NCBI GenBank assembly: GCA_964527055.1
Contig: CAZGQB010000001.1
Location: forward strand, 1-37,204
DNA length: 37,204 nt
Direction of reading: 5' to 3'
DNA from: an uncultured Sulfuritalea sp.
Lineage (GTDB): Bacteria > Pseudomonadota > Gammaproteobacteria > Burkholderiales > Rhodocyclaceae
How positions within the stretch are numbered: the first letter of the stretch is position 1; each line of letters begins with the position of its first letter. The position numbers were made by a program, and so were the translations under genes. This document shows positions 34,922-37,204 of this stretch, one piece after another. The notes beneath the pieces were generated by a model. That model did no database searches and was not told the DNA's origin. It saw only the letters and a program-made list of their open reading frames with translations.

Positions 34922-37204
34922 ATGAGGATCTCCGAACTCTGCATCCAGCGCCCGGTGTTTGCCACCGTGATGAGCCTCACGGTGATGCTGATCGGGATCG
35001 TCTCCTACACCCGGCTGCCGGTGCGCGAATATCCGAAAATCGACGAGCCGGTGGTGACGGTCGACACCACCTACCGCGGCGCCTCCGCCGAAATCATCGA
35101 GTCGCAGATCACCAAGCCGCTGGAGGATTCGCTGGCCGGCATCGAAGGCGTCGATGTCCTCTCCTCGATCTCGCGCGCCGAGAACAGCCAGATTTCCGTG
35201 CGTTTCAAGATCGAGCGCAATCCCGATTCGGCCGCCTCCGACGTGCGCGACCGTGTCGCCCGCGTGCGTTCAAAACTGCCGCAGACTATCGAGGAACCGG
35301 TGATCGCCAAGGTCGAGGCCGATGCCAATCCGATCATCTGGATAGCTTTTTCCTCCGACCGGCATTCGCCGCTCGAGGTGACCGACTTCGCCAGTCGCAT
35401 CGTCAAGCCGCGCCTGCAAACACTCCCCGGCGCGGCGGATGTGCGCATATTCGGCGACCGCAAGTTCGCCATGCGCGTCTGGCTCGACCGCGAGCGGCTG
35501 GCGGCGCACAACCTGACGCCGGCGGACGTCGAAGATGCGCTGCGCAAACAGAACATCGAGGTACCGGCCGGGCGCATCGAGAGCGTTCAGCGCGAGTTTT
35601 CGGTCGTCGCCCAAACCGATCTGGGCAAGCCGGAGCAGTTCGAGCAAGTGGTCGTGCGGGCGCCGACAGCCGCCAGCCCCTACCCGGTAAAGATTCGCGA
35701 CGTCGGCCGCGTCGAAATCGGCGCCGCCAGCGAACGCAGTTCGGTGCGATTCAACGGCCGCAGCGCGGTGGCGCTGGGCGTCATCAAGCAGGCGACCGCG
35801 AATCCGCTCGACCTTTCCCGGGCGCTGCGCGCCGAACTGCCGCGCGTCACCAAGGATCTGCCGGCAGGCATGGAGGCGAAGATTGCCTACGATTCGTCGA
35901 TCTTCATCGACCGCTCGATCGAGGCGGTTTTCAAGACCATCGGCGAGGCGATCCTGCTGGTGGTGCTGATCATCTTCTTCTTCCTGCGCAATGTGCGGGC
36001 GACGCTGATTCCGCTGGTGACGATCCCCGTTTCCCTGATCGGCGGCTTCGCCATCATGTTCGCGCTCGGGTTCACGGTGAATACATTGACCCTACTGGCG
36101 CTGGTGCTGGCCATCGGTCTGGTTGTCGATGACGCGATCGTGGTGCTGGAAAACATCTATCGCCACATAGAGCAGGGCATGGACCGCCGCCAGGCGGCGC
36201 TGCTCGGTGCGAAGGAAATAGGCTTTGCGGTGGTGGCGATGACGCTGACGCTGGCGGCGGTGTACGCGCCCGTCGCCTTCATGACCGGCCGCACCGGCAA
36301 GCTCTTCGTCGAATTCGCGCTGACCCTGGCCGGGGCGGTCATCGTTTCCGGCTTCGTCGCGCTGACGCTGTCGCCGATGATGTGCTCGCTGTTGCTGGTC
36401 CACGAAAAGAAGCACGGCAAGGTTTTTCTCGCCATCGAAGGTTTTCTGAACGGGGTCACGGAGGGGTACCGGCGCGTTTTGTCGGCGTCGCTCAAGCGTC
36501 GCTGGATCGTGCTGCTGGCATTTTTCGTCGTCGCCGGCACCGGTGTGTTTTTCCTCAAGGCGCTGAAGTCGGAACTGGCGCCGGCGGAGGATCGTGGCGT
36601 GATCCTCGGCGTATTTCTCGGGCCGGAAGGGGCGACGCTGGACTACACCGCAAAGTATGCGAAGCAGCTGGAAGAGATCTACAGCACGACCAGGGATATC
36701 GAACGGTACTTTGTCGTCGCCGGCAATCCTACGGTCTCGCAGGGGATTTCCTTCGTCGGCCTGGCCGACTGGAAGGCGCGTGATCGCAGCGCATTCGACA
36801 TCGCCAAGGAACTGCAGCCCAAATTCTTCGGCATCCCCGGCGTACTGGCGTTCCCGGTGACACCGCCTTCGCTCGGCCAGAGTCCGCGCGAACGGCCGGT
36901 CAATTTTGTGGTCATCACCTCGGCTTCGTACGCCGAATTGCAAGACGTCACCAATCGCCTGCTGGATGAATTTTCCAGGAACCCCAGGCTGGTCAATGTT
37001 GACACCGACCTCAAACTGAACAAGCCGGAACTGTCGGTCGCCGTCGACCGCGAGCGCGCCGCCGATCTCGGCGTCGCCGTGGAAACCGTCGGCCGCGCCC
37101 TGGAGACCATGCTCGGCGGCCGCCAGGTGACGCGCTACAAGCAGGACGGCGAGCAGTACGACGTGATCGTGCAGGTGGCGGCCACCGACCGCACCACCCC
37201 GGCC
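34922..37204 (+). CDS. RND efflux permease (MexW/MexI-like), truncated by the window end
   Basis: Not in the ORF track because there is no stop. Manual reading from ATG 34922 gives MRISELCIQRPVFATVMSL...LPVREYPKIDEPVV...GASAEIIESQITKPLEDSLAGIEG and later LAIGLVVDDAIVVLENI. Confidence 0.95.
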   Translation, partial: MRISELCIQRPVFATVMSLTVMLIGIVSYTRLPVREYPKIDEPVVTVDTTYRGASAEIIESQITKPLEDSLAGIEGVDVLSSISRAENSQISVRFKIERNPDSAASDVRDRVARVRSKLPQTIEEPVIAKVEADANPIIWIAFSSDRHSPLEVTDFASRIVKPRLQTLPGAADVRIFGDRKFAMRVWLDRERLAAHNLTPADVEDALRKQNIEVPAGRIESVQREFSVVAQTDLGKPEQFEQVVVRAPTAASPYPVKIRDVGRVEIGAASERSSVRFNGRSAVALGVIKQATANPLDLSRALRAELPRVTKDLPAGMEAKIAYDSSIFIDRSIEAVFKTIGEAILLVVLIIFFFLRNVRATLIPLVTIPVSLIGGFAIMFALGFTVNTLTLLALVLAIGLVVDDAIVVLENIYRHIEQGMDRRQAALLGAKEIGFAVVAMTLTLAAVYAPVAFMTGRTGKLFVEFALTLAGAVIVSGFVALTLSPMMCSLLLVHEKKHGKVFLAIEGFLNGVTEGYRRVLSASLKRRWIVLLAFFVVAGTGVFFLKALKSELAPAEDRGVILGVFLGPEGATLDYTAKYAKQLEEIYSTTRDIERYFVVAGNPTVSQGISFVGLADWKARDRSAFDIAKELQPKFFGIPGVLAFPVTPPSLGQSPRERPVNFVVITSASYAELQDVTNRLLDEFSRNPRLVNVDTDLKLNKPELSVAVDRERAADLGVAVETVGRALETMLGGRQVTRYKQDGEQYDVIVQVAATDRTTPA

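Overview
GC-rich betaproteobacterial chromosome segment, probably Rhodocyclales (inferred from gene content and order). The left ~19 kb is an accessory-looking block. It starts with the probable right end of an IS1380-type element truncating an ATP-grasp-like gene, followed by two hypothetical proteins and a SulP transporter. Next is a tightly coupled GNAT-phosphate acyltransferase-DUF3141-FabI operon with a PhaR-type box upstream. After that come an OMF + small membrane protein + YibH/YiaV-type MFP + lipoprotein operon with no recognisable pump, a complete RND system and an orphan amino-acid binding protein. The right half carries the conserved hisE-HIT-tatABC and degQ-nif3 backbone. The hisE 3' end is interrupted by a tandem 98-bp palindromic insertion. 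About 9.7 kb of extra genes lie between tatC and degQ: an SBP plus a Cache/HAMP/PAS/GGDEF/EAL protein, a CbbY-like HAD, and a three-subunit KorABC-like 2-oxoacid oxidoreductase. A second RND operon with a palindromic operator runs off the end. The best candidates for undescribed biology are the DUF3141 operon and the adjacent pump-less export operon. No rRNA, tRNA or CRISPR array was seen. All family calls come from motif recognition by eye, not from database searches.
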